A stretch of DNA of 64,000 bases from an uncultured Gammaproteobacteria bacterium (lineage in GTDB: Bacteria; Pseudomonadota; Gammaproteobacteria; Xanthomonadales; Xanthomonadaceae), in NCBI GenBank assembly GCA_963783035.1, contig CAWAMC010000001.1, positions 133,410-197,409 on the forward strand. Reading direction: 5' to 3'. Shown here one piece after another: positions 1 through 10,410 of this stretch. The notes under the pieces were generated by a model. It saw nothing but the letters and a program-made list of their open reading frames with translations. It searched no databases and was not told the origin of the DNA. The number at the start of each line of letters is the position of its first letter. Position 1 is the first letter of the stretch. Both the position numbers and the translations under genes were made by a program.

Positions 1-93
1 ATCCAGACTGATGTCGCTACGCACGCCGTCGCAATACACGGCGCAGTTGACGACGCCGCCGGGGAGCGGGGCGGGAGCGTGGTGAGTATTCAT
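1..93 (-). CDS. corA: Magnesium/cobalt transporter CorA, N-terminal fragment (runs off window start)
   Basis: Manual translation from ATG at 93 gives MNTHHAPAPLPGGVVNCAVYCDGVRSDISLD, resembling xanthomonad CorA N-termini (VVNCAxY). Lies downstream of ybeY-corC-DUF4105. Confidence 0.6.
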   Translation of the reverse strand, partial: MNTHHAPAPLPGGVVNCAVYCDGVRSDISLD

Positions 94-148
94 CCGCGCA
101 TGGTGCCGGGATCGCGCGGGCCGGGCAACTGCGACGAGTTCCTGAGAG

Positions 149-1360
149 CTACCGCGTCGCTTCGGTCTGCACGGAACTGGGGCGCAACCACGCGAACGTC
201 AGCGCTGCGTGGATCGGCAACAGCAGCGATATCCAGTGCGCATTGGCTTGCGCGCCAGCGCTGATCCAATAGAGAAACAGCGACGCAGTGGCCGATGCCG
301 CGACCAGCGCGAGCACGATACGGAACCAGCGGCTCGGCGTTCGTGCGCGTAGCGCGCGCCAGCCGCCGGGCACCAGCAGCAGGCACAGCGGGCTGAGTAG
401 CAGCAGATTGTGGTTGGCCCATCCGAATCGGTGTTCGGTGCCGAGCCAAATGGCCAGCATCACGCTGCCCAGCACTCCACCGATGCCCCAGAACACCATC
501 GCGAGCCCGGCTGCGGTGCGCGGCATTCGTGCGCGCAATGCCGACCATAGCCCTGCGATCGTCAGACCGGCCAAGAACCAGCGCCACCAAACCGGCAGAA
601 ATTCCACGGGCTCCGGCGCGATCCGATGCGGCAGTACGTCCTCTTCGCTGAGGATCAACGGGCGGCCATCGGGCAAACGCACATCGCGCAGACTCTCGGC
701 GAGGCGCATCGGCACATAAGCATCTTCCCAATGCGAAAGCGGTTCGTCGGAAGCGGGCCCCAGACCGATATCGAAGCCTAGCCACATCCACGTCGCTGGC
801 GATGCCAGGCGCACTGCTTCGCTGCGATACGTATTGCCGTGCGAACGCGCGGTGAGTTGTTTTTTCAAGTTGCCGCCGAGCGCGCGATCGATCGCGTCGC
901 GCACGCGCGTAGCGCAGTTGTCGCGAAAATAGTCGTAGCGATAACGCGCGTTTTCGGGCTTGGCGTTTTCGGCGAGCGCTGCCGCCATCGCCTGCGCCTG
1001 AGCGTCGTCCAACGCGAGCCATTGAATGCGCACGCCACGGCCATTTTCTCGGTAATACTGAAGATCCTCCGGCCAAGGCAGTTCGACTAGGCGATACATC
1101 ATCTCGCCATGAACGAAACGACCGATGAAGCCGTCTTCGCCCATGTCGAAAAAGCCGAAGTTGTACGACAGCGGCACTGGGCGCGTCGGGTCGTCGACGA
1201 TGATCGAGTTATGGCCGAAACGCTCGAAGAAGATCGTGCCGGGGCGCATGGTCGCCACGCCGATCCGCGGCGCGGCGAGCGCGGGCAGGGCGAGCAACCA
1301 CAGGCACAGCAACATCATCAGATGCAGCATCGCGCGATGCCGCCTGATTTCAGGCGGCAT
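149..1360 (-). CDS. DUF4105 / Lnb-like membrane protein (candidate lipoprotein N-acyltransferase)
   Basis: Signal peptide, FGHNSI, YNFGFF and YDYFRDNCATR motifs, then about 4 C-terminal TM helices. True start may be about 1330. Confidence 0.75.
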   Translation of the reverse strand: MPPEIRRHRAMLHLMMLLCLWLLALPALAAPRIGVATMRPGTIFFERFGHNSIIVDDPTRPVPLSYNFGFFDMGEDGFIGRFVHGEMMYRLVELPWPEDLQYYRENGRGVRIQWLALDDAQAQAMAAALAENAKPENARYRYDYFRDNCATRVRDAIDRALGGNLKKQLTARSHGNTYRSEAVRLASPATWMWLGFDIGLGPASDEPLSHWEDAYVPMRLAESLRDVRLPDGRPLILSEEDVLPHRIAPEPVEFLPVWWRWFLAGLTIAGLWSALRARMPRTAAGLAMVFWGIGGVLGSVMLAIWLGTEHRFGWANHNLLLLSPLCLLLVPGGWRALRARTPSRWFRIVLALVAASATASLFLYWISAGAQANAHWISLLLPIHAALTFAWLRPSSVQTEATR

Positions 1361-2271
1361 GCACGCTCACATGCAAGGTATGCAGCCGGCGCACGTCGGC
1401 GCGCGCGACGCGGAAACCGAAACGACCCAGGGTGAGTTCTTCGCCGGCCTCCGGCAGATGACCGATCGCCGCGGTGATGAGCCCGCCGACCGTGTCGTAT
1501 TCGTCGTCGGCGAAATCGGCGCCGAAACGCGCATTGAAATCGGCGATCGGCGTCAAGCGCATCGACCAAATACTGGCCATCGGCCTGCGCCGCGATCAAT
1601 GCGTTCGGGTCTTCGGCGTCGTCGTGCTCGTCGTCGATCTTGCCGACGATCTGTTCCAACACGTCTTCGATCGTGACCAAGCCGGCGACGCCGCCGTATT
1701 CGTCGATCACGATCGCCATGTGATTGCGCGACTGGCGGAATTCGCGCAGCAGAATATCCAAGCGTTTGCTTTCCGGCACCAGCACGGCAGGGCGCAGCAG
1801 TTCGCGCACCGTGCCCGGACCGTTATCGGCGACCACACCGCGCAGCAGATCTTTGGCGAGCAAGATGCCAAGAATTTCGTCGCGGTCTTCGCCATGCACC
1901 GGGAAGCGCGAATGGCCGGACTCGACCACTTGCTTCATCAGCGACAGGAATTTGTCGTCCACCGGTAGCACCACCATCTGCGATCGCGGCACCATCACAT
2001 CGCTCACGGTGAGGTCGGACACCGCCAAGGTGCCTTCCATCATCCGCAGGGTGTCGCTATCGATCACGCCATCGGCATGGAGATCGCGTAGCAATTCGAC
2101 CAGATCTTCTTGATTATCCGGCTCGCCGGAAATGGCCGAGCTGATCCGCTCCAACCATGAGCGTCGTTTCTCTGGACGCTTTTCTTCGTGCTGCGACTTA
2201 TCGCTCGCGGGTTTCTCCGCGGCGGTCGCCGCGCCATCCGGCGCGTGCTTGGTACTGTCGTCCTCGGGCAT
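1350..2271 (-). CDS. corC: HlyC/CorC family CBS-domain Mg/Co efflux protein; frameshift near 1555
   Basis: VMVPRSQM, SGHSRFPV and IVIDEYGGVAGLVTIEDVLEQIVG in ORF 1318..2271. The C-terminal domain (YDTVGGLI..GHLP) continues in ORF 1350..1580. Confidence 0.9.
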
Positions 2272-2384
2272 TTGCGTAGCAGGTGCGCCCCAGACGGGGG
2301 CGGAAGCGTCAGTTTAGCCCAAGCGAGTCGGGAAACGCATGCCAGTACTGGCCTCTCGGCGGTTCGGATGGCTGTGTCGAGCGG

Positions 2385-2653
2385 CCCCTCATCCGGCCTT
2401 CGGCCACCTTCTCCCCGCCCTGCGGGGAGAAGGAACACTTCGATTCCTTCCCTCCGATGCACCAACGCCTCTCCTTCTCCCCGCTCTGCGGGGAGAAGGA
2501 ACACTTCAATTCCTTCCCTCCGATGCACCAACGCCTCTCCTTCTCCCCGCTCTGCGGGGAGAAGGAACACTTCAATACCTTCCTCCCGATGCACCAACGT
2601 ATCTCCTTCTCCCCGCCCTGCGGGGAGAAGGTGGCCGAAGGCCGGATGAGGGG
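2385..2653. repeat. REP-type array: 4 palindromic CCTTCTCCCCGC(C/T)CTGCGGGGAGAAGG hairpins at a 66-bp period inside terminal inverted repeats
   Basis: Hairpins start at 2407, 2473, 2539 and 2605. The intervening sequences are near-identical. Flanks CCCCTCATCCGGCCTTCGGCCACC and GGTGGCCGAAGGCCGGATGAGGGG are inverted repeats. Confidence 0.9.
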
Positions 2654-2658
2654 TGCGG

Positions 2659-3150
2659 TCAATCGCGAATGCGATAGGGGTCTTCGATACCGAGTAGAGC
2701 CAGGATTTCACGTTCCAATTGCTCCATGCACTCGGCCTCGCGCTCGTCTTGGTGATCCATGCCCAGCAGATGCAGCACGCCGTGTACGGTCAAGTGCGCG
2801 TAGTGCGCATTCAATGGTTTCGCCTGTTCCTGCGCTTCGCGCACGACCACCGGCGCGCACAACACGATGTCGCCCATCAGCGGCATCGTCACGCCCTTGG
2901 GCAGCTTCACGTCGGGCGGCAATTCACCGGGGAAACTCAAGACATTGGTCGCGTAGTCCTTGCCGCGGTAGTGCCGATTGAGCGCACGGCCTTCGTCTTC
3001 GCCGACGATGCGAATGGCGACGTCGGCTTCGCGGATGCGCCCCTGCAGCGCCGCCGCGACCCAGCGCCGGAAACTCGGCGCGGCCGGCACGCCTGCGCGC
3101 GGCGTGGCGTAGCCGACGGCGACATCGAGACGGATCGGGCCGCGGGTCAT
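2659..3150 (-). CDS. ybeY: rRNA maturation endoribonuclease YbeY
   Basis: NRHYRGKDYATNVLSF and HLTVHGVLHLLGMDH (H3xH5xH) motifs. Confidence 0.95.
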   Translation of the reverse strand: MTRGPIRLDVAVGYATPRAGVPAAPSFRRWVAAALQGRIREADVAIRIVGEDEGRALNRHYRGKDYATNVLSFPGELPPDVKLPKGVTMPLMGDIVLCAPVVVREAQEQAKPLNAHYAHLTVHGVLHLLGMDHQDEREAECMEQLEREILALLGIEDPYRIRD

Positions 3151-4163
3151 TTGGCTTTCCAGTCGGTCGTCGAATAGACGAAGGTTTCCACCGCAGCGCT
3201 CTGGCGTAGTTTGGTCAGTTCTTTTTCATCGGCGGCACTATGACAGTTGTCTCTGGCGCTACGCGTGCTGATCTCGATGAGGCTGCGCATGATCTGGTCG
3301 GCGGCTTCTTCTTTAGGGACATCCACATTCACGTAGACCGTGCTGTCGCCGCAACTGCCGATATTGTAGGCCTGCACAGCGGGCACCAGTTCGCGCATCG
3401 CGCGGTCGGTGAATGCCGCATAGGCCGCTTCGTCGATTTGAGAGGCGGCTACGCTGATGCGGCCTTTGAAATAGTGCAACTGACGATAAAACAAATACGT
3501 GCGCGAACGCATCGGGAACCACTCGCTCGACGTGTCGCCGTGGTAGTCGTAGCTCAGACTCATGCGTCGTCCGTCGATATGTTTGCCGGCGGTCAGCAAT
3601 TGCGCGAGGAGCGCTTCTTTTTCCGTCTCTTTCGCATCTTTATCGTCGATTTCTGCGCGGTTTTCTGCCGTTACGCCGCGCCTGGTATCTGCGTCCGACG
3701 AGCTTCGATCGTCTTGCAAATCATTCAGAGGCAGATCGAGATCGAATTCGATCGTTTCGCCTTCGATCACGTCGCGATAAAGCCCAGCGTCCACCGCGGG
3801 CTGCATCGAGGACAGAAAATTGCGCATACCTACGTCCAGCGCCTGTTCGACTTCGCGCTGACCGATCGGGTACACAAACAGGTCGACGCGCAGTTGCGGA
3901 TAGTCCGGGTGTTGGTAACGGAACGATACGCCGCCGAACTTGTCTTTCGCGTCGTACCGACGAGTGCCTTCGAGCAGGAATTCACCGACCCGTTGCGGTG
4001 CGAACACGTGAGTTTCGGCGATGAACGGCTGGTCTTGTCGCGGGTTCGCATCATCGCTTTTGCTTTTGGCGCCGATCGGCAGCGCGAATGCGCAAAGCGC
4101 GATCGTCGTGGCGAGCAGACGGGCGAAGACGACGCTGTTCTTTCGACTGGAGACGAACCTCAT
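3147..4163 (-). CDS. Hypothetical exported protein
   Basis: 338 aa ORF with a signal-peptide-like N-terminus and 4-nt overlaps with both phoH and ybeY. Confidence 0.7.
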   Translation of the reverse strand: MRFVSSRKNSVVFARLLATTIALCAFALPIGAKSKSDDANPRQDQPFIAETHVFAPQRVGEFLLEGTRRYDAKDKFGGVSFRYQHPDYPQLRVDLFVYPIGQREVEQALDVGMRNFLSSMQPAVDAGLYRDVIEGETIEFDLDLPLNDLQDDRSSSDADTRRGVTAENRAEIDDKDAKETEKEALLAQLLTAGKHIDGRRMSLSYDYHGDTSSEWFPMRSRTYLFYRQLHYFKGRISVAASQIDEAAYAAFTDRAMRELVPAVQAYNIGSCGDSTVYVNVDVPKEEAADQIMRSLIEISTRSARDNCHSAADEKELTKLRQSAAVETFVYSTTDWKAK

Positions 4164-5170
4164 GTGGGCTCCCCCGATGGCGTGACGTGGCTCTCGTACG
4201 CCCGCACGATCTTCGCCACCAACGGGTGACGCACCACATCGCGGGCCTCGAAGAAGGTGAAACTGATGCCATCCACGTCGTGCAGCACATCGATGGCGTC
4301 GCGCAGGCCGGATTTCACGTGTTTGGGCAGATCGATCTGAGTGAGGTCGCCGGTGACGACGGCGGTGCTGCCGAAGCCCAAACGCGTCAGGAACATCTTC
4401 ATCTGTTCGATCGTGGTGTTCTGCGCTTCGTCCAGAATCACGAACGCATCGTTGAGCGTGCGCCCGCGCATGTAAGCGAGCGGAGCGATTTCGATGACGT
4501 TCTTTTCCAGCAGCTTCGCCACTTTTTCCACACCCAGCATCTCGTACAAGGCATCGTAGAGCGGGCGCAGGTAGGGGTCGACTTTTTGCGAAAGGTCGCC
4601 GGGCAGGAAGCCGAGTTTTTCGCCGGCTTCCACCGCCGGACGCACCAGCACGATGCGTTGGATGCGCGCGGTATTCAGCGCTTCCACCGCCATCGCCACG
4701 GCGAGGAAGGTCTTGCCGGTACCGGCGGGGCCGACGCCGAAGTTGATGTCGTGCATCGCGATGGCGTGCAGATATTTCTGTTGATTCGGGCCGCGTCCGC
4801 GCACGGTGCCGCGCTTGACCCGCACCGCGATCTCTTGCGGCTGGTAGTCGGCATCGGCATGAGCGGTCGCGGCGGGCGCTTGGTCGCCGCCGAGGCGCAG
4901 ATGAATCGCATGGGCATCGAAGGTGATGTCGGCCGCTTCTTCGTACAGCGCACGCAACAGCGTTTCGGTGCCGGCCACCGCGTCCTCGTCGTCGCCACCG
5001 ACGCGGAAGATATTGCCGCGATTGGCGATCGCCACTCCGCGTCGCAGTTCGATTTGGCGTAAATGGGCGTCGAGGGGGCCCGCGAGGTTCGCAAGGCGCT
5101 CGGGATCGGCGGGGTCGAGCGCGAAGTCGCGGCTGAATTTACTGAAAGCGTCGTGTGCCATATGCCGCAC
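4160..5170 (-). CDS. phoH: PhoH-like ATPase (YbeZ)
   Basis: GPAGTGKT Walker [26 protein letters not shown] and GDLTQID motifs. Confidence 0.95.
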   Translation of the reverse strand: MRHMAHDAFSKFSRDFALDPADPERLANLAGPLDAHLRQIELRRGVAIANRGNIFRVGGDDEDAVAGTETLLRALYEEAADITFDAHAIHLRLGGDQAPAATAHADADYQPQEIAVRVKRGTVRGRGPNQQKYLHAIAMHDINFGVGPAGTGKTFLAVAMAVEALNTARIQRIVLVRPAVEAGEKLGFLPGDLSQKVDPYLRPLYDALYEMLGVEKVAKLLEKNVIEIAPLAYMRGRTLNDAFVILDEAQNTTIEQMKMFLTRLGFGSTAVVTGDLTQIDLPKHVKSGLRDAIDVLHDVDGISFTFFEARDVVRHPLVAKIVRAYESHVTPSGEPT

Positions 5171-5232
5171 AGGGTACCGCGCAAGCGGCGGCCGAGGCCA
5201 TGCCGCACGCCGTTCGTCGGGGGCTTCTCGAC

Positions 5233-5254
5233 ATTAATTAACTAGATAATTAAT
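5233..5254. promoter_or_regulatory. Putative TetR operator (AT-rich inverted repeat)
   Basis: ATTAATTA-N6-TAATTAAT lies immediately upstream of the TetR gene, in the divergent phoH/tetR gap. Confidence 0.6.
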
Positions 5255-5263
5255 TTATCGCGT

Positions 5264-5971
5264 ATGCCTCCTCCCCACACGATCGATACCAAACCCGCAC
5301 GCGCCCCTCGCAGGCGGCAAGGGCCACGAAGCCCCGAAATGCGGGCCCCCGGCAGGCCGACGGGAGAAGCAGGCGATCTGCGTCAACGACTTCTCGACGC
5401 CGCTGTCGCGGGTTTCGCTCGGCACGGCATCGCCGGAAGTTCGCTGCGCGATATCGCCATGGCGGCCGGAGCGACGCCCGCCATGCTGCATTACTACTTC
5501 GGCAATCGCGATGCGCTGGTGGAATCGGTCATCGAGGAACGGCTGATGCCGGTCATGCACGGGTTGCGCGATCCGTTATTGAAGGTGGACGACGATCCTC
5601 GCGCATTGATCCGAAGTTTCGTGCGTACCGTGTTGTCGACGGCGATGGCGCATCCCTGGCTGCCGCAGTTGTGGGTGCGTGAGGTACTGCACGAGGGCGG
5701 CGGCCTGCGTCGCTTCATGCTCGATCGCATCGGTCCGTTGCTGCCGCAGGCCTTGGCGGCGCGTTTCGCGCAAGCGCAAGCGCAGGGGCGATTGAACCCA
5801 CGGATCGATCCTCGATTATTGGTGCCCTCGCTCATCGGCCAGACCATGTTCATGGCCGCGAGTGCGCCGATTTGGCGCGGCGTTTTGAATGCTGAGGATG
5901 TGGATGCCGAGGCGTTGAGCGATCACGTCTTGGCCTTGCTCGAACATGGTTTGGAGTTACGTGATGTCTAA
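5264..5971 (+). CDS. TetR/AcrR family transcriptional regulator
   Basis: HTH: FARHGIAGSSLRDIAMAAGATPAMLHYYFGNRDAL. Start could be 5339. Confidence 0.9.
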   Translation: MPPPHTIDTKPARAPRRRQGPRSPEMRAPGRPTGEAGDLRQRLLDAAVAGFARHGIAGSSLRDIAMAAGATPAMLHYYFGNRDALVESVIEERLMPVMHGLRDPLLKVDDDPRALIRSFVRTVLSTAMAHPWLPQLWVREVLHEGGGLRRFMLDRIGPLLPQALAARFAQAQAQGRLNPRIDPRLLVPSLIGQTMFMAASAPIWRGVLNAEDVDAEALSDHVLALLEHGLELRDV

Positions 5972-6926
5972 GCCCCGAATTCTCGCGCTCGCATTGTCGC
6001 TTCTCGTCCTCGGCGGCTGCGCCCAGAGCGCGCCGCAGGTGCTCGGCACGCTCGAGTACGATCGAATTTCGTTGCCGGCACCGGCTGCGGAAAAGATCGT
6101 CGCGATCGCTGTGCGTGAAGGTGACAGAGTGAAGGCAGGCACGGTGCTGCTCATGCTCGAGCGCACACGCATCGAGGCGCAAACGCGCGCGTTGGACGCC
6201 GAAGCCGAACGCCAACGCGAGAGCTTGAACGAACTCGAGGCTGGCACCAGAAGCGAACAGATCGCGCAGGCGAAAGCGCAGCTCGCATCCGCGCAAGCGC
6301 AAGCACGGGATGCGCGCGCTTACTACGCGCGCCTTGAACCACTGGGCGCGCGCAAGCTGGTCGCGGCCGCGGATGTCGATCGCGCCCGCGCCGCAGCCGG
6401 AACCGCCGATGCCAATGTCCGTGCGGCGCAGGCGCAACTCGATGAATCGCAAAACGGTGCGCGCAAAGAACGCTTAGCCCAAGCGCGTTCGGCCGTGCGT
6501 GCGGCAGAGGCCCAGGCCGCAGCGCAGACGGTGTCGCTGGACAAATTGCAGATCGTCGCGCCGCGCGATGGACGCATCGATAGCATGCCGTACAAACTCG
6601 GCGATCAAGCGCCTATCGGCGCGCCGTTGGCGGTGCTGTTGGTCGGCGATGCGCCGTACGCACGGGTGTACGTGCCCGAACCGATGCGTGCGAACGTGAA
6701 GATCGGCGACCGGGCGACGGTGCATGTGAGCGGTCGCGAAGACATTGCCGGCCATGTGCGCGCGATCCGCAGCGAACCGAGTTTCACGCCGTATTACGCG
6801 CTGAGCGGCAAGGATGCGGCGCGGTTGAGTTATCTCGCCGAGATCGTGTTCGATCGCGACGCGCCGGACAATGCGCGCGATCTACCTGCCGGGTTGCCGG
6901 TGCGGGTCGAGTTCGCGCTCAAGTGA
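5964..6926 (+). CDS. HlyD family membrane fusion lipoprotein (YbhG-like)
   Basis: Lipobox LGGC, VREGDRVKAG lipoyl-like motif, coiled coil and FTPYYAL motif. Confidence 0.88.
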   Translation: MSKPRILALALSLLVLGGCAQSAPQVLGTLEYDRISLPAPAAEKIVAIAVREGDRVKAGTVLLMLERTRIEAQTRALDAEAERQRESLNELEAGTRSEQIAQAKAQLASAQAQARDARAYYARLEPLGARKLVAAADVDRARAAAGTADANVRAAQAQLDESQNGARKERLAQARSAVRAAEAQAAAQTVSLDKLQIVAPRDGRIDSMPYKLGDQAPIGAPLAVLLVGDAPYARVYVPEPMRANVKIGDRATVHVSGREDIAGHVRAIRSEPSFTPYYALSGKDAARLSYLAEIVFDRDAPDNARDLPAGLPVRVEFALK

Positions 6927-6933
6927 TCGCACG

Positions 6934-7902
6934 ATGACCGACGCATTCGCCATCCGCGCTCGCGGCCTGAGCAAACGCTTCGGTGCGTTGTTGGCCGTCG
7001 ATCGCGTCGATCTGAGCGTGCCGCGCGCGAACGTCTATGGGTTCCTCGGCCCGAACGGCTCCGGCAAATCGACCACGATCCGCATGCTATGCGGATTGCT
7101 GACGCCGAGCGAAGGCGAGATCGACGTACTCGGCTTCAAGATTCCGCTGCAGGCCGAAGATCTGCGCAAGCACATCGGTTATATGACTCAGAAGTTCGCG
7201 CTGTACGAAGATCTGACCGTGCGCGAAAACATGGACTTCATGGCGGCCGTGCAGGGGCTTTCGCGTCCGCAGCGCAAAGCGCGCATCGACGAACTGATCG
7301 AAGCCTATAGTTTCGCCGATCGCCAGAAACAGCTCGCCGGCACGATGAGCGGCGGACAGAAACAGCGCTTGGGATTGGCCTGCGCCATCATCCATAAGCC
7401 CGAGTTGTTGTTCCTCGATGAGCCCACGAGCGCGGTCGATCCCGAATCGCGCCGCGATTTCTGGGAAAAGCTCTTCGATCTCGCCGACGCGGGCACCACG
7501 ATTCTGGTGTCTACGCATTACATGGACGAAGCCGAGCGCTGCCACCGCATCGCGATTCTCGAAACCGGTCGCTTGGTCGCCGATGGTACGCCCGCCGAGC
7601 TGACCCGCGCGCTTGTCGGACGCACGATGGGCGTGCGTGCGCCCGAGCCGCGCAAGGCGCAGGCCGCGTTGCATGGCGCACCGGGCGTGCTCAGCGTCGC
7701 GCAAATCGGGAACGAATTGCGAGTATTGGTCGAAGCCGGTAGCGATGCGATGCAGTTGCAGGCGCGGCTGCGCTCGGCGACGATCAATGCCGAGGTTTCG
7801 GCCATCGAACCGAATCTAGAAGACGTCTTCGTCTCGGCGACCCATCGTGTCGAAACATCGGGCAACGATGCGTCCGACAAAAGCGGGGCGAAGGCCGCAT
7901 GA
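6934..7902 (+). CDS. ABC transporter ATP-binding protein (YbhF-like)
   Basis: GPNGSGKS, MSGGQKQRL, LFLDEPT and STHYMDEAE motifs. Confidence 0.93.
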   Translation: MTDAFAIRARGLSKRFGALLAVDRVDLSVPRANVYGFLGPNGSGKSTTIRMLCGLLTPSEGEIDVLGFKIPLQAEDLRKHIGYMTQKFALYEDLTVRENMDFMAAVQGLSRPQRKARIDELIEAYSFADRQKQLAGTMSGGQKQRLGLACAIIHKPELLFLDEPTSAVDPESRRDFWEKLFDLADAGTTILVSTHYMDEAERCHRIAILETGRLVADGTPAELTRALVGRTMGVRAPEPRKAQAALHGAPGVLSVAQIGNELRVLVEAGSDAMQLQARLRSATINAEVSAIEPNLEDVFVSATHRVETSGNDASDKSGAKAA

Positions 7903-8981
7903 AATTCGCGCGAATCATCGCCGTGATGATGAAGGAATTGCGGCAAATGCGGCGCGACCGCTTGACCGCTGCGATGATGGTGGGTATTCCGACCATCCAG
8001 TTGCTGCTGTTCGGATTCGCGATCAACCCGGATGTGCGCAATCTTCCCGCCGCGATCGCCGATATGTCCGACACCGTTGGTTCGCGCGCGTTGGCGCAGG
8101 ACATGCTCGCCACCGGTATCGTGCGTCAGATCGCACCCGCGCGCACGCCGCAGGATGTGCAGGCCTTGCTCAATCGCGGCAAGATCAAGATCGGCATCGT
8201 CATTCCGCCGGACTACGAGCGCCGCAAACTCGACGGCCGCGAAGCGGTGCAGGTGATCGTCGATGGCAGCGACACTTCGGTGCAGGCGACCGCACGACAG
8301 CTCGCGGCCATGCCGCTCGACGGCGGCAGCGGTTTGCGCACGGCTTCGATCAATGTGCTGCCGCTATACAACCCCGAACGACGATCTGCGGTGAACATCG
8401 TGCCCAGTCTAATCGGGGTGATTCTGACCATGACGATGGTGATGTTCACGGCGATGGCGATCGTGCGCGAACGCGAGCGCGGAAATCTCGAATTACTGAT
8501 CACCACACCGGTCACCAGCGCCGAATTGATGATCGGCAAAGTGCTGCCTTATGTCGGCGTCGGTTTGATCCAGACCACGGTGGTGCTCTCGCTCGGTATG
8601 GCCGTGTTCGACGTGCCGGTACGCGGGCATCTGATCGATGTTTACGGCGCGGCGATGCTGCTGATCGTGGCGAATCTCACGTTGGGGCTGTTGGTGTCGA
8701 CCAAGGCCAAGACCCAATTCCAGTCGATGCAGATGGCGTTTTTCTTGTTTTTGCCGTCGATTTTGCTATCGGGTTTCATGTTTCCTTTCGACGGCATGCC
8801 GGTGGCGGCGCAATGGATCGCCGAAGTGTTGCCGCTCACGCACTTCGTGCGCCTGATCCGCGGCGTGATGCTGCGTGGCGTCGATTTGACGACGATGTGG
8901 CCGGATGTCGTGGCGTTGCTCGCGTTCACCGCGGTGATGATGACGTTGGCGATCTCGCGCTTCCGCAAGCGATTGGATTGA
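7899..8981 (+). CDS. ABC-2 type permease (YbhR/S-like)
   Basis: KELRQMRRDR, VRERERGNLE and LSGFMFP motifs; multiple TM helices. Confidence 0.92.
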   Translation: MKFARIIAVMMKELRQMRRDRLTAAMMVGIPTIQLLLFGFAINPDVRNLPAAIADMSDTVGSRALAQDMLATGIVRQIAPARTPQDVQALLNRGKIKIGIVIPPDYERRKLDGREAVQVIVDGSDTSVQATARQLAAMPLDGGSGLRTASINVLPLYNPERRSAVNIVPSLIGVILTMTMVMFTAMAIVRERERGNLELLITTPVTSAELMIGKVLPYVGVGLIQTTVVLSLGMAVFDVPVRGHLIDVYGAAMLLIVANLTLGLLVSTKAKTQFQSMQMAFFLFLPSILLSGFMFPFDGMPVAAQWIAEVLPLTHFVRLIRGVMLRGVDLTTMWPDVVALLAFTAVMMTLAISRFRKRLD

Positions 8982-9000
8982 TGTTTATGGCGGTGTTGCA

Positions 9001-9446
9001 GAATTAACCATGCTGCGCGCGCGGCTTATATCCTAACCGTGATGAGGTAAGAGCCTGTTTAGAATCTCGCATTCGGACATGACGTGTCATCCCGAACGAG
9101 GGCGCAGCCCGAGGAGGGACCTGCTTTGGGCTCTTATGCTTTAGCAGCGTTTGCTGCTGCAACAGCAGGTCCCTCCGCCCGCTGCGCGGGCGTTCGGGAT
9201 GACAACGAACGAATCCGTATCGGCGGTGATTTGGAGATTTTGAGCAGGCTCTAAGACGCGTTATGGCCAGCGCAATTCACCGACGATCACGGTGCAGACG
9301 CGGCCTCCAGACCCGCCTGCCGCGAAAATAAAGCGCCGAATTAACGATGCCGCGCGCACGGCTTATATTCTGACCCTGATGAGGTATGAGGCGTTATGGC
9401 CAGCACAGCTCGCCGCTGACTACGGTACAGACTCGACCGCCTGACC
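9001..9446. repeat. Diverged direct duplication of the phzF 3' end and its downstream sequence
   Basis: 9001-9050 joined to 9255-9313 aligns with 9338-9446. The first copy reads SGGRVCTVIVGELRWP* on the minus strand, versus SGGRVCTVVSGELCWP* in the gene. Confidence 0.8.
9051..9251. mobile_element. 201-bp MITE with 18-bp terminal inverted repeats and a TAA target duplication
   Basis: Left end GAGCCTGTTTAGAATCTC; right end (reverse complement) GAGCCTGCTCAAAATCTC. TAA at 9048-9050 and 9252-9254. Internal TGTCATCCCGAAC..GTTCGGGATGACA palindrome. Confidence 0.85.
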
Positions 9447-10289
9447 AAACATCCCCCGCATCATCGACAGTAAGCTCGATGATCGCATCGTGGCCGACTT
9501 CGCGGCCCTGGCTGACGCGATAGAAACCGCTATCGCCCGGCAACGCATGCTGCGAGGCCAACCAAGCCGCGAGGGTGGCGTTGGCGGCGCCGGAGGCGGC
9601 GTCCTCGAACGGCCCGGTCGCGCCGACCCAGGCACGCACGGCGAGGTAATACACCGGGTCGTCGCTGCGCGCGTACACGCACAGCCCCATGCTGTCGGTG
9701 GCATGCGCGAGCGCGACGACAGCATCCCAAGGCGGTGCGGCGGCGCGCAATGCGGTCTCATCGGCGACTTCCGCCAACCACCAGCGCCGTCCGCCGTCCA
9801 TCAACGCAGGCGGCAATGCGCCGAGCGGTAGATCGCGTAAAACTTCGCGTAGGCGAGGGTCGTCGGTGCTGGCGATGTCCTGCACTCGCGCACGCGGAGT
9901 GCGCACGGCGATCGTGCGCGTCGGGGCCTTCGCCGGTGACGCGTAGCGGCAATTTGCCGGCGATGCCGTCCTGTACGAGTAAGCCGTCGCGCGGCATCGC
10001 GAGCCCCGCTTCGAGTACCGCATGCGCGGTGCCCGACGCTGGGATGCCCGGCGAACGGCACTTCGCGGCGCGGGCTGAAGATCCGCAAGCGGTAACTGGC
10101 ATCGTCGCTGACGGCGGGAAAGACGAACGTGGTTTCCGGCAAGCGCGTCCAACGCGCGATCGCTTGCATCGCGACATCGTCGAGGCCATCGGCATCGAGC
10201 ACCACCGCCAGCGGATTCCCGGCGCCGGGACGGTCGGCGAAGACATCGACTTGGGTATAGGTGCGCGCGGTGCGCAGGAGAGATGTCAT
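9394..10289 (-). CDS. PhzF family isomerase/epimerase, paralog 1 (two frameshifts, near 10030 and 9915)
   Basis: QVDVF..GNPLAVV, ETTF, EVPFAGHP, EDAASGAA and SQGRE motifs split across three frames. Confidence 0.85.
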
Positions 10290-10410
10290 GAGAAGCGAGA
10301 GTCCATCGAACGGGCGTGCAGCTTAGCAGTGCGACATAGGGCCGAACGCACGTCGCGCGATCGGATGCGCGAGTACACGTTACGCGTCGAAACGCGATCG
10401 GCGACGAAAT

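Noticed and set aside
2385-2653. Possible CRISPR array
   Set aside because: The intervening sequences are near-identical rather than unique spacers, no cas genes are present, and the hairpin is a REP-type motif that recurs elsewhere.
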